Of a DNA stretch of 64,000 bases, positions 9,748-20,146 are shown one piece after another. Source of the stretch: Bacteroidales bacterium (GTDB taxonomy: Bacteria; Bacteroidota; Bacteroidia; Bacteroidales; ML635J-15). The DNA lies in the NCBI GenBank assembly GCA_017617125.1, contig JAFZWY010000008.1, positions 153,858 to 217,857 on the forward strand. Direction: 5' to 3'. The first letter of the stretch is position 1. The number at the start of each line of letters is the position of its first letter. The notes under the pieces are model-generated. The model saw nothing but the letters and a program-made list of their open reading frames with translations. It ran no database searches and was not told the DNA's origin. A program made the position numbers and the translations under genes.

Positions 9748-10785
9748 ATGACTAATGAGAATAGAAACATATTGCTAAAATTGCTTGAGCAACATCAAGA
9801 GTCGGGCATGTCGGAGCAGATAGACTACAACAAATTCTATTTGTATTCCATTATCACGCATTCTACGGCTATAGAAGGCTCAACAGTAACTGAAGTCGAA
9901 GCTATTTTGCTTTTCGACGAAGGCATTACAAGTAGCAAGCGCACAGTGGTCGAGCAGATGATGAACCTTGATTTAAAGGCAGCATACGAATATGGGATGC
10001 AATGGATTGTGCGTCACGAACCAATTACGGTCGAATGGCTTGTCCTGCTTGCATCAAAAGTTATGGCTCGCACCGGTAGTGAGTATCATTCTGCAAGTGG
10101 AGACTTTTCTGCTGCAAAAGGTGAGTTGCGCAAACTGAATGTTACTGCAGGATTTGGCGGCAAGTCGTATATGTCGTATCAGAAAGTGCCAGCTCGTCTT
10201 GAAGCTTTTTGCGAAGAATTGAACAGACGGAGAAAGGCAATTGACGTGTCGGATGTGAGTGCTATATACGATCTTAGTTTCTGGGCTCATTACGAATTGG
10301 TGACCATTCATCCGTGGGCAGATGGAAATGGCAGGATGAGTCGTCTGCTTATGAATCTGCTCCAGATTGAGTTTGGTGTTTTGCCTACCAAAGTGTTAAA
10401 AGAAGACAAGGAGGCATACATACAAGCACTAGTGGATACTCGCGAAAACGACGACATAAATATTTTTCTCGATTGTATGGCTCGCCTTCACATTGCTCAT
10501 CTTCAGAGCGATATAAAGCAATACGAGGTGGCTTTGCAAGATGAAGTGGACAGGAAAGGTGGACAGAAAAAGCAAAAGGTGGACAGAAAAAGTGGACAGA
10601 AAACACGTGATGCCATTATCGCTCTCATTTCTAGCAATCCGCACATTACTACCGCCCAAATGTCTGAGTCGCTTGGAATCAACCGAAGTGCACTTTCAAA
10701 GCATATCAAGCGTATGCAGGAAGACGGTATCATCCGTCGTGTAGGACCCGACAAAGGCGGTTTCTGGGAGGTGATTAGCGATTGA
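9748..10785 (+). CDS. Fic family protein with C-terminal winged HTH
   Basis: Fic motif HPWADGNGRMSR; inhibitory-helix-like HSTAIEGS; C-terminal HTH ending RVGPDKGGFWEV. Confidence 0.92.
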   Translation: MTNENRNILLKLLEQHQESGMSEQIDYNKFYLYSIITHSTAIEGSTVTEVEAILLFDEGITSSKRTVVEQMMNLDLKAAYEYGMQWIVRHEPITVEWLVLLASKVMARTGSEYHSASGDFSAAKGELRKLNVTAGFGGKSYMSYQKVPARLEAFCEELNRRRKAIDVSDVSAIYDLSFWAHYELVTIHPWADGNGRMSRLLMNLLQIEFGVLPTKVLKEDKEAYIQALVDTRENDDINIFLDCMARLHIAHLQSDIKQYEVALQDEVDRKGGQKKQKVDRKSGQKTRDAIIALISSNPHITTAQMSESLGINRSALSKHIKRMQEDGIIRRVGPDKGGFWEVISD

Positions 10786-10855
10786 TGTATCATTGATCCG
10801 CAAGCACAAAGCATTGCACCGCGAGTGTAATTTTTTGAATCCTTCAAATTTTCAT

Positions 10856-10925
10856 CCAAATCACATTCCCGCCTAAAGCAATAGTTTTTTGCAATTTCGA
10901 TTGCGGGGTGGAAAATAAATGGAGA
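10856..10925. repeat. ~70-bp upstream element, copy 2 (before the RhuM-family gene)
   Basis: Last 24 bp identical to the 9612-9679 copy. Confidence 0.85.
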
Positions 10926-10969
10926 AAATCGGTGGAATTTTTGTATCTTTGTGAGCAAAATAGGAAGTT

Positions 10970-12037
10970 ATGACACTGCACGAAATACAAACTCGCAAGG
11001 AAGACCTAGGAGAATCGCCAAAAGAGAAGTCTATGATGATACGAAATAGTACGGCAGAATTTCTGATATTCCAGGCACAAAATCAAGCAGATGGAGTGGA
11101 AGTGTTTTATCGTGATGAAACAGTTTGGTTGACACAAAAGTCCATGGCGTTGTTGTTTGATGTGGATAGGACTGTGATTACAAAGCATTTGAAAAATGTT
11201 TTTGATTCTGGAGAATTGCAACAAGAATCAGTATGTGCAAATTTTGCACATACTGCTAATGACGGCAAGACATATTCAACTAATTTCTATAATCTTGATG
11301 CCGTCATTTCCGTTGGTTATCGTGTGAATTCCACCCGCGCTACGCAATTCCGCCAGTGGGCAACGGCTGTGCTTCGGCAATTCGCAATCAGAGGCTATGT
11401 GTTGGACAAGAAAAGACTGGAAAACGGGGCGTTCTTGTCGGAAGACTACTTTGAACATCTGTTGGCTGAAATTCGGGAAATTCGCCTTAGCGAGCGACGG
11501 ATGTACCAAAAGGTGACAGACCTTTATGCAACAGCTGTTGACTATAATAAGGAGGCTCCAACTACACGCCAATTCTTTGCAAAGGTCCAAAACAAATTGC
11601 ATTATGCCATTCATGGACATACCGCTGCAGAACTGATTTTTGAACGAGCCAATTCAGAAAAGGAACACATGGGATTGACAACATGGGAAAATGCGCCAGA
11701 TGGCAAAATTGTTAAGACCGATGTTTCTATTGCAAAGAATTATTTGAAAGGACAAGAACTTGAAAGTCTAGGAAGAATCGTGAATGCTTTCCTGGATCTT
11801 GCAGAGGATCGTGCAAAGCGTCACATACCAATGACAATGGAAGATTGGGCAAAATACATAGACCGTTTCTTGATGATGGATGACCGTAAATTGTTGCAAG
11901 GCAATGGAAAAATATCAGCCGAAGAAGCAAAAACGTTTGCTGAATCGGAATTCGAGAAATATCGCATTGTACAAGACCGCTTGTTTATGTCTGATTTTGA
12001 TAAGGAAATAGAAGGTCTATTGGGAGAAAAGGAGTAA
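10970..12037 (+). CDS. Virulence RhuM family protein
   Basis: ETVWLTQKSMALLF, YNLDAVISVGYRVNS, ATQFRQWA, EIREIRLSERR and VQNKLHYA motifs. Confidence 0.9.
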   Translation: MTLHEIQTRKEDLGESPKEKSMMIRNSTAEFLIFQAQNQADGVEVFYRDETVWLTQKSMALLFDVDRTVITKHLKNVFDSGELQQESVCANFAHTANDGKTYSTNFYNLDAVISVGYRVNSTRATQFRQWATAVLRQFAIRGYVLDKKRLENGAFLSEDYFEHLLAEIREIRLSERRMYQKVTDLYATAVDYNKEAPTTRQFFAKVQNKLHYAIHGHTAAELIFERANSEKEHMGLTTWENAPDGKIVKTDVSIAKNYLKGQELESLGRIVNAFLDLAEDRAKRHIPMTMEDWAKYIDRFLMMDDRKLLQGNGKISAEEAKTFAESEFEKYRIVQDRLFMSDFDKEIEGLLGEKE

Positions 12038-12122
12038 AATTGCCAATAAAAACAAAAATCCAAAATCGTAAATCTAAAATCGTAAATAATATTGTATCTT
12101 TGCACACCAAAATTGATTTACG

Positions 12123-14555
12123 ATGAAGATTTCATACAACTGGCTTAAGAATTATGTGGCGTTCGACGAATCGCCAGAGGAATTGGCAAAAATATTGACA
12201 AGTGTTGGACTCGAAGTTGATGGTACTGAAGAAGTTTCGTCAGTAATCGGCGGACTCAAGGGATTTGTAATCGGCGAGGTTTTGACCTGCGAGGCTCACC
12301 CGAATTCCGACCATCTGCACGTTACAACTGTCAATGTCGGTGGCGAAGAACCGCTGCATATTGTCTGCGGTGCTCCAAATGTTGCTGCCGGACAGAAGGT
12401 CGTAGTGGCAACCATAGGCACTAAGATTTACGCCAAGGACGGTGTGTTCGAAATCAAGAAGTCGAAACTGCGCGGCGAACCGTCGGAAGGTATGATTTGC
12501 GCCGAGGACGAGATGAACATCGGCACTTCGCACGACGGAATTATGGTTCTGTCAGCCGACGCCAAGGTGGGTACGCCCGCTTCGGAGTATTTCAAGGTAG
12601 AAAACGACACCGCTATCGAAATCGACATTACTCCAAACCGTATCGATGGTGCTTCGCACATTGGTGCCGCCCGCGATGTGGCTGCCGTAAAGGGTATAAA
12701 ATACAATATCCCCAAGGCCGAAATCACCGAGAATCCAAAGAATGAAATCAAAATCGACATCAAGATAGAAAATACCGAGGCTTGCCGCCGCTATATGGGC
12801 ATCTGCCTTACTGACGTGAAGGTGCAGGAATCGCCCGAATGGCTGAAGAACCGCCTGAAATCGGTCGGCTTGAACCCAATAAACAATATCGTGGATGTCA
12901 GCAATTTCGTATTGTACGAAACTGGAAATCCGCTTCATACATTCGATGCTGACAAGATTGCCGGCAAGCAGATAATCGTGAAGAATGTCGCCGAGGGAAC
13001 TCCATTTGTTACTCTCGATGGCGTTGAGCGCAAGCTTTCGGCCCACGACCTTATGATTTGCAATGCCGAGGAGCCAATGTGCATCGGCGGTGTGTTCGGC
13101 GGTCAGAAGTCGGGCATTTCGAACGAAACAAAGAATGTTTTCATTGAGGCTGCATATTTCAGCCCTGTTTCTATCCGCAAGACTTCCAAGTTCCACGGCT
13201 TGAAGACCGACGCTTCGTTCCATTTCGAGCGCGGAGTTGACATCAACATGGTGCCTTACGCATTGCGCCGTGCCGCAAGCCTGATTGTGGAGATGGGCTG
13301 CGGTCGTATCGCTTCCGAAATTACCGATGTGTATCCAAATCCAATCGAACCGGCAATAGTAGATTACAATATCGACCGTGGCAATGCGCTCATCGGCAAG
13401 GAAATTCCCGAAGCCCGCGTGCGCGAAATCATCGGTTTGCTCGATATGAAGATTCTCGAGGACAAGGGTCGTGACCTGAAGCTCGAAATTCCAACCTACA
13501 GGGTCGATGTAACCGGCGAAGCCGACGTGGTTGAGGACATCATGAGAATCTACGGCTACAACAACATCGAGGTTCCAAACCATATTTCGTTCAGCATCAA
13601 CTACCCCGAAAAGCCGGAACCGCAGAAGATGATGAACCTTGTTTCGGACGTGCTCACAGGCATGGGCTACACCGAAATAATGTGCCTCTCGATGATTTCT
13701 GCAGATGACATTGCAGAGAACAGCGAATATGCAAACCGCATCGTGAAGATTTACAATCCGTTGAGCCGCGAACTGAACGTTATGCGTCCGTCGCTGCTTT
13801 ATGGCGGACTCAACAGCATAAAGGCAAACCTGAACTACAAGAACGGCGACCTAAAGTTCTTCGAATTCGGCCGTACCTATTATTATAATGCCGAGAAGCA
13901 GATTTCCGACATCACCGCATACAGCGAAACACAGTACATCGGAATGTGGATTACAGGCAAGCGCAATCCGCTGAGCTGGAACCTGAAGGACAATCCTACC
14001 GACTACTTCATGCTGAAGTCGGGAGTGGCTGCAGTGCTCAAGAAAATTGGCATTGACATGTCGGCATTGAAGTTCGAGGTTTCGTCGGACGAAAAGTTCA
14101 GCACTTTCCAGTCGTTCAAGCTGAAGGACAAGGAAGTTGCCCGCATCGCCGTTGTTTCGAAGGCCTTGCTCAAGAAGATGGACATCGACCAGGATGTTTT
14201 CTATGCCGAAATCAACTGGGATGTGCTTCTGAAGTTCGCCAAGACTCACAAGATAGAGTACCAGCCGATTTCGAAGTTCCCGCGCGTACGCCGCGACCTC
14301 GCTTTGCTCATCGACAAGTCGGTAACCTACGCACAGCTCGAGGAAGTTGCTCGCAGAACCGAGCCTAAGCATATTGTCGAGGTTGGTCTGTTCGATGTTT
14401 ACGAAGGCAAGAACCTGGAGCCGGGCAAGATTTCGTATGCTTTGAGTTTCGAACTCGAGGACACCGAAAAGACGATGACCGACAAGCAAATCGACAAGAT
14501 CATGCAGAAGCTCATAATGTTCTATGAGAAGGAACTTGGCGCCAAGGTAAGGTAG
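12123..14555 (+). CDS. pheT: Phenylalanine--tRNA ligase beta subunit
   Basis: MKISYNWL start, HPNSDHL, IVCGAPNV, ITPNRID, FERGVD and C-terminal anticodon-binding FPRVRRDLALL. Confidence 0.97.
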   Translation: MKISYNWLKNYVAFDESPEELAKILTSVGLEVDGTEEVSSVIGGLKGFVIGEVLTCEAHPNSDHLHVTTVNVGGEEPLHIVCGAPNVAAGQKVVVATIGTKIYAKDGVFEIKKSKLRGEPSEGMICAEDEMNIGTSHDGIMVLSADAKVGTPASEYFKVENDTAIEIDITPNRIDGASHIGAARDVAAVKGIKYNIPKAEITENPKNEIKIDIKIENTEACRRYMGICLTDVKVQESPEWLKNRLKSVGLNPINNIVDVSNFVLYETGNPLHTFDADKIAGKQIIVKNVAEGTPFVTLDGVERKLSAHDLMICNAEEPMCIGGVFGGQKSGISNETKNVFIEAAYFSPVSIRKTSKFHGLKTDASFHFERGVDINMVPYALRRAASLIVEMGCGRIASEITDVYPNPIEPAIVDYNIDRGNALIGKEIPEARVREIIGLLDMKILEDKGRDLKLEIPTYRVDVTGEADVVEDIMRIYGYNNIEVPNHISFSINYPEKPEPQKMMNLVSDVLTGMGYTEIMCLSMISADDIAENSEYANRIVKIYNPLSRELNVMRPSLLYGGLNSIKANLNYKNGDLKFFEFGRTYYYNAEKQISDITAYSETQYIGMWITGKRNPLSWNLKDNPTDYFMLKSGVAAVLKKIGIDMSALKFEVSSDEKFSTFQSFKLKDKEVARIAVVSKALLKKMDIDQDVFYAEINWDVLLKFAKTHKIEYQPISKFPRVRRDLALLIDKSVTYAQLEEVARRTEPKHIVEVGLFDVYEGKNLEPGKISYALSFELEDTEKTMTDKQIDKIMQKLIMFYEKELGAKVR

Positions 14556-14705
14556 TTTCTGCACCTTGTGCGTAAAGCATTGCATTGAATATTTTTACTT
14601 TTTGTGTTGAAAATAGGGCTAATCATCTGATATATACAAGTGTATATCGGCGATTGCCTGTGAAAAAATATTGGTCAAAATTTTTTCTAGTTGACAAAAA
14701 AGATA

Positions 14706-14713
14706 TACCTTTG
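14706..14713 (+). promoter_or_regulatory. -7 promoter box of rho (long 5' leader follows)
   Basis: TACCTTTG matches TAnnTTTG, ~160 bp upstream of the ATG. Confidence 0.55.
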
Positions 14714-14875
14714 CCAGCGATTGATAAGTAATCAATTCGTTTCTGAAGATTAAAAATCACAATAGAAATAATTTCACGGCCGCTTGTAGGGTTTGAAAGT
14801 TGTTACTTATTTGATTGATACATTACCCCTGAGGGGAAAAAACAAAATTACGATTAAATTTTATAACATTTAATA

Positions 14876-16705
14876 ATGAAGAGTTATTCAGAATTGAACG
14901 ACAAATTGCTGCCCGAACTTAGAGAGTATGCAAAAGGCTTGGGTATCAAAAGAGTTGAAGCATTTAGGAAACAGGATTTGATAAGGAAGATAATGGATGC
15001 TGAGGATCCTGACTTTGAAGAAGATATTGATGACGATGATGATCTCCTTGTTGGAGTTACCGATATAATGGCTCCTTTGCCAGAAAGAAACACACGTTCT
15101 CGCGAAATCGAAGACGATGATGATGACGAAAAGGATTCGGAAGATGGCGCAGATGATAATTCGCAGCCCAGAAGGCGTCAGCGCAGGGCAAGGATTCAGT
15201 CGCCAATAATGACTACACATTTGGATGAAACCGGTGTCGGTGCAAAACTGGTATTCAACAATCAGGAGAACCAGAGAGTCCAGAAGATGAATGCCGAGCC
15301 AGTCGCAAGAGTGTCGGGCGATTCGGTTTCGAAGGTAGAGACTATAAATTTCCAGCAGAATAATAGTGGCGGCTATCAGCAGAACCGTCAGCAGGACAAC
15401 AGGAAGCCTTTCCAGCGTTTCGACCAGCAGCGCAACAACCAGCCGCGCAACGAAAACAATAACAATGGCGGTCAGCAGGCTCAGCCACGCCAGCAGCAGT
15501 TGCCACTCGACAACGACAACCATCAGCAGGCAAATGCTCCGCAGGCTCAGCCAGTAGAGGAACCAAAGCCAAATTACGACTTCTCGGGAATAGTTACCGT
15601 AACAGGTGTACTCGAAATAATGCCCGAAAACTACGGTTTCCTCCGTTCGTCGGATTACCATTACCTGAATTCTCCCGATGACGTATATGTTTCGCAGTCG
15701 CAGATAAAGCTTTTCGGTCTCAAGACCGGCGATACCATCGAAGGTTCGGTTCGTCCGCCAAAGGAAGGTGAGAAATTCTTCCCGTTGACTAAGATCATAA
15801 GCATAAATGGTTTGGATCCGGCATTGGTTCGCGACAGAATTCCGTTCGACCACCTTACACCGTTATTCCCGACCGAAAAGTTCAACATTACCGGCAAAGG
15901 TCATGCAACGCTTTCGACCAGGGTTGTCGATTTGTTCACTCCTATAGGAAAAGGTCAGCGTGGTCTTATAGTTGCTCAGCCTAAGACTGGTAAGACTGTC
16001 TTGCTTCAGGAAATTGCAAATGCAATAGCAGCAAACCACCCCGAAGTTTACCTTATCATATTGCTTATCGACGAACGTCCCGAGGAAGTTACCGACATGG
16101 CACGTAACGTAAACGCAGAAGTTATCGCTTCTACTTTCGACGAACCTGCAGAACGCCACGTAAAGGTTGCAAGCATAGTTCTCGAAAAGGCAAAACGTAT
16201 GGTGGAATGCGGTCACGATGTGGTTATTCTGCTCGACTCCATCACTCGTCTCGCCCGTGCATACAACACCGTTGCTCCTGCTTCGGGTAGGGTTTTGTCG
16301 GGTGGTGTCGACTCCAACGCACTTCACAAGCCAAAACGTTTCTTCGGCGCTGCTCGTAACATCGAAAATGGCGGTTCGCTCACAATTCTTGCAACAGCAC
16401 TTACCGAAACCGGCTCCAAGATGGACGATGTGATTTTCGAGGAATTCAAGGGTACGGGCAACATGGAACTTCAGCTCGACCGCAAGCTCTCGAACCGCAG
16501 AATTTACCCTGCTGTGGATGTTACAGCTTCGAGTACACGTCGCGAGGATTTGCTTGTAAATCCAGACCTTGTAAACCGCCTGTGGGTAATGCGCGAGTTC
16601 CTTGCCGACATGAATTCGGTGGAGGCTATGGAGTTCATCCGCGCACGCCTGCCGCAAACCCCGACCAACGAGGAATTCCTCCTCACAATGGACAAGGGCT
16701 TATAA
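14876..16705 (+). CDS. rho: Transcription termination factor Rho with long acidic and Q/N-rich N-terminal insertion
   Basis: [55 protein letters not shown] and FKGTGNMEL motifs. Confidence 0.98.
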   Translation: MKSYSELNDKLLPELREYAKGLGIKRVEAFRKQDLIRKIMDAEDPDFEEDIDDDDDLLVGVTDIMAPLPERNTRSREIEDDDDDEKDSEDGADDNSQPRRRQRRARIQSPIMTTHLDETGVGAKLVFNNQENQRVQKMNAEPVARVSGDSVSKVETINFQQNNSGGYQQNRQQDNRKPFQRFDQQRNNQPRNENNNNGGQQAQPRQQQLPLDNDNHQQANAPQAQPVEEPKPNYDFSGIVTVTGVLEIMPENYGFLRSSDYHYLNSPDDVYVSQSQIKLFGLKTGDTIEGSVRPPKEGEKFFPLTKIISINGLDPALVRDRIPFDHLTPLFPTEKFNITGKGHATLSTRVVDLFTPIGKGQRGLIVAQPKTGKTVLLQEIANAIAANHPEVYLIILLIDERPEEVTDMARNVNAEVIASTFDEPAERHVKVASIVLEKAKRMVECGHDVVILLDSITRLARAYNTVAPASGRVLSGGVDSNALHKPKRFFGAARNIENGGSLTILATALTETGSKMDDVIFEEFKGTGNMELQLDRKLSNRRIYPAVDVTASSTRREDLLVNPDLVNRLWVMREFLADMNSVEAMEFIRARLPQTPTNEEFLLTMDKGL

Positions 16706-16778
16706 AGGTTTCTAAAATATTATTATATTTGCAAGTCGGGAATTTTTCTCGGCTTGCTTTTTGTTTTATGATAATTAT

Positions 16779-18734
16779 ATGAAGAAATTATTTTGCATAT
16801 TGATTCTTTCGCTCATTTGCGGATTCGCTTTTTCGCAGAACGAGGAATATCATACCAAGTCGAAGGCTGCCATAAAGAGTTTCGAGAAGGCTGTCGCATA
16901 CTACCAGAATGGTAAGACCGACCAGACCGTAAAATTTGCCTTGCAGGAGGTCGACAATGCAATCGCCAAGGATCCGATGTTTATCGAAGCATATCTGCTG
17001 AAAGCGGAAATATATGATTTCCTCGGTGATATAAAGTCATCGATTGCCTATTACGAAAAGGTTGTCGAACTCGACGCTCATTTCGACTACGGCATAACGC
17101 TCAAGCTCGCCATGCACAACTATGGCATCGGCGACTATGCCTCGGCAAAAAACTACATCGACTTTTTCTACGCCAATGCCGATCTCAATGTCTACAAGAA
17201 GTTCGACACCGACCGTCTGCGCGAGTACATAACTTTTTCGGACAGTGCCGTGCGTAATCCTGTGAACTTCAAGCCTCGCAGCGTAGGTAAGATAAATACC
17301 GAATGGGACGAGTACTGGCCGTCGCTTTCAGCCGACGAGGAAATGCTGGTGTTCACAAGGCAGATTCCGCTCAATCCCAACAATCCGTCGCGCAGCCAGA
17401 GCAACATGAACGAGGATTTGTTCTATGCCTACCGCAACAAGCAGACGGGCAAGTACGATGGCGCAGCTCCGCTTCCAGGCAGAATCAACACCGAGCTCAA
17501 CGAGGGCGCACAATGTATTTCGGCTGATGGAAAGACCTGCGTAATAACGGCTTGCAACCGTCCCGACGGCAAGGGAAGTTGCGACTTGTACATAATGTTC
17601 TGGGAAGGCAAGCAGTGGTCGCAGCCGCAGAATATGCGTTCGGTGAATACCGAATCGTGGGAGAGCAACCCGTCGCTGTCGTCGGATGGAAAATACTTGT
17701 ATTTTTCGTCGTCGCGCTCGGGTGGCGTCGGCAAGACCGACATCTGGCGCGTGCAGATCGACAGCAGGGGCAATGCCCTGAAACCTGCCGAAAACCTTGG
17801 CAAGCAGATAAATACGCCTTACGAGGATATTTCCCCGTTCATACATCCCGACTGCAAGACCTTGTATTTCGCATCGAAGGGACATCCCGGACTTGGAAGC
17901 TATGACTTGTTCTTGGCAAAGACCGAGGATGACGGTGCAACCTGGTCGAAGCCAAAGAACCTTGGCTATCCGATAAATACGTTGGGCGAGGAGAGAAGCC
18001 TTATTGTGAACGCAAAGGGCGATCTTGCAATGTTCTCGTCGTCGAGTACCAAGCGCGACCTGGACATCTATTGCTTCGAACTTCCGCCCGAGGTGAAGCC
18101 GGTGACTGTTACGTATGTAAAAGGTTACATATACGACTCGAAGACCAACGAGAGATTGAAGGCAAAATGCGAAATGCTCGACATAGAGAGCGGCGAAAAG
18201 CTGGTGGACATCTACTCTGGCGACAAGGACGGCGAATATATGGTATGTCTGCCAATCGACAAAGACTATGCCTTCAATGTTTCGCGTGAGGGCTATCTGT
18301 TCTATTCCGAGAACTTTTCGCTCACCAACCTCGAGCATCCCGAGCAGCCGTACATCATGAATATCCCGTTGCAACCGATAGAAAAGGGCGTGACTGTGGT
18401 TCTGAAAAACATTTTCTTCAAGACCGACAGCTACGACTTGCTGCCCGATTCGTACACCGAGCTGGGTAAGGTTGTGGAGTATATGAATGCCAATCCGAAG
18501 ATGAAGATAGAAATCGGCGGTCATACCGACAACGTTGGCACCAAGGCCTACAACAAGACCTTGTCGGAAAATCGTGCGAAATCGGTTTACAACTACCTTG
18601 TGTCGCAGGGGATTGCGAAGGAACGCCTGTCGTACAGCGGATACGACTTTTCGGTTCCGATTGCCACCAACGACACCGAGGAGGGGCGTGCGCAAAACCG
18701 TCGTACCGAGTTTAAGGTTGTTAGCATAGAATAA
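16779..18734 (+). CDS. OmpA-family protein with TPR and PD40 repeats (PorE-like architecture)
   Basis: Signal peptide from ATG 16779; TPR-like helices; PD40 repeats (PSLSSDGKYLYFSS, PFIHPDCKTLYFAS); OmpA C-terminus GHTDNVG...LSENRA...NRRTEF. Confidence 0.88.
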   Translation: MKKLFCILILSLICGFAFSQNEEYHTKSKAAIKSFEKAVAYYQNGKTDQTVKFALQEVDNAIAKDPMFIEAYLLKAEIYDFLGDIKSSIAYYEKVVELDAHFDYGITLKLAMHNYGIGDYASAKNYIDFFYANADLNVYKKFDTDRLREYITFSDSAVRNPVNFKPRSVGKINTEWDEYWPSLSADEEMLVFTRQIPLNPNNPSRSQSNMNEDLFYAYRNKQTGKYDGAAPLPGRINTELNEGAQCISADGKTCVITACNRPDGKGSCDLYIMFWEGKQWSQPQNMRSVNTESWESNPSLSSDGKYLYFSSSRSGGVGKTDIWRVQIDSRGNALKPAENLGKQINTPYEDISPFIHPDCKTLYFASKGHPGLGSYDLFLAKTEDDGATWSKPKNLGYPINTLGEERSLIVNAKGDLAMFSSSSTKRDLDIYCFELPPEVKPVTVTYVKGYIYDSKTNERLKAKCEMLDIESGEKLVDIYSGDKDGEYMVCLPIDKDYAFNVSREGYLFYSENFSLTNLEHPEQPYIMNIPLQPIEKGVTVVLKNIFFKTDSYDLLPDSYTELGKVVEYMNANPKMKIEIGGHTDNVGTKAYNKTLSENRAKSVYNYLVSQGIAKERLSYSGYDFSVPIATNDTEEGRAQNRRTEFKVVSIE

Positions 18735-18735
18735 A

Positions 18736-19446
18736 ATGGCATTGGAAAGATTGAATATTGCTGTAGTTTTGGCTGGCGGAAGCGGTCGTCGCATTGGTGG
18801 AGACTTGCCCAAGCAGTTTTTGCAGGTGGGCGGAAGGCGGATTGTCGAATATTCGATTGATGCCTTCGAGAAAAATGTTGGCATTGACGAGATTGCAGTG
18901 GTCGTAAACAAGGATTTTATTCCGCTGATGGAAGAAATAAAAGCCGCAAGCTCGTGGTCAAAACTGAAACATATCCTGAATGGAGGCAAGGAACGCTATG
19001 ATTCAAGCCTTTCTGCAATTCGTGCATACGAAGATACGGATTGCAATCTGATTTTCCACGATGCAGTCCGTCCGATGGTTTCGCAGAGGATAATTTCGGA
19101 TGTGGTTTCGGCGCTCGAGACATATGATTCTATCGCAGTTGCTGTACCTGCAACCGATACCATTGTGAAGGTTGACGGGTCGGGGCGTATGATTAGCGAG
19201 ATATTGCAGCGTTCGCAGTTGCGTTGTCAGCAGACCCCGCAGGCATTCCGCCGCGAGACTATTGCCCGTGCGTACGAACTGGCACTTGCCGACCCGAATT
19301 TTGTTGCAACAGACGATTGTGGAGTAGTTTCCCGTTATCTTCCCGAAGAAAAGATTTTCATTGTCGATGGCGATGATTCAAATATAAAGGTAACCTTCAG
19401 GAAGGATTTGGAAATGGTGAAGGTTCTTCTAGATGAAATGGCCTAG
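18736..19446 (+). CDS. ispD: IspD/TarI-family cytidylyltransferase
   Basis: LAGGSGRR, PKQF, HDAVRP, QTPQAF, TDD and NIKVT motifs; could be TarI-like given the neighbouring genes. Confidence 0.75.
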   Translation: MALERLNIAVVLAGGSGRRIGGDLPKQFLQVGGRRIVEYSIDAFEKNVGIDEIAVVVNKDFIPLMEEIKAASSWSKLKHILNGGKERYDSSLSAIRAYEDTDCNLIFHDAVRPMVSQRIISDVVSALETYDSIAVAVPATDTIVKVDGSGRMISEILQRSQLRCQQTPQAFRRETIARAYELALADPNFVATDDCGVVSRYLPEEKIFIVDGDDSNIKVTFRKDLEMVKVLLDEMA

Positions 19447-19553
19447 TTTTCCAAAAATGCAATTATTATACTGAAAATCTTTATTATCTTTGCCAATTAT
19501 ATTATTTTGAAATAGGTATAATATCATATGTTTGGATATTCTATATAAAGATT

Positions 19554-20144
19554 ATGAAACTTACATTAAAAAATACTAAAAGCGAGATATTTGAAGCCTA
19601 TGAAAGACTTCAGAAAGAAGTGCAGGAAATGAAGAAAAAATCCTCGGCCGGTGTAAAAAAGCAAGGTTCGGAAGATGATGAGATAATTGGTTACACAACT
19701 GGTGTATATGACTTGTTTCATATTGGACATCTGAATCTTTTGAAGAATGCCAAAGGTATGTGCGACAAGTTGATAGTAGGAGTTACGGTGGATGATTTGG
19801 TAGCATACAAGGGCAAGCAGGCTATGATTCCATTTGAGGACAGGATTGAGATTGTACGCAGTTGCCGTTATGTAGATGCTGCGGTTCCCCAGTATGATAT
19901 GGATAAGCTTACTGCATGCAAGAAACTTGGTGCAAAAGTCTTGTTTGTAGGTGATGACTGGTACGGAACCGACAAGTGGAAAGAATACGAGAAGAAATTC
20001 AAGAAGGAAGGAATAAGAATAGTTTATTTCCCATACACAAAAGGAATTTCTTCAACAAAAATAACGTATACATTGCAGCAGGTTCGTGGTTGGACCGACG
20101 AATCGGCACAAAAGGCTCTCAAGATAAATAATGAGGATAAATAA
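19554..20144 (+). CDS. Glycerol-3-phosphate cytidylyltransferase-like (TagD family)
   Basis: GVYDLFHIGHLNLL (HxGH), VGDDW and YTKGISST motifs. Confidence 0.85.
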   Translation: MKLTLKNTKSEIFEAYERLQKEVQEMKKKSSAGVKKQGSEDDEIIGYTTGVYDLFHIGHLNLLKNAKGMCDKLIVGVTVDDLVAYKGKQAMIPFEDRIEIVRSCRYVDAAVPQYDMDKLTACKKLGAKVLFVGDDWYGTDKWKEYEKKFKKEGIRIVYFPYTKGISSTKITYTLQQVRGWTDESAQKALKINNEDK

Positions 20145-20146
20145 TT

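Noticed and set aside
14714-14875. Riboswitch or ncRNA in the rho leader
   Set aside because: The leader is long but I see no recognisable conserved structure by eye; it would need an Rfam search.
17328-18989. Long antisense ORFs (also 61387-63276, 12552-13583, 14888-15853, 35972-37033, 1574-2467)
   Set aside because: They are shadows of well-supported genes on the opposite strand and have no recognisable motifs.
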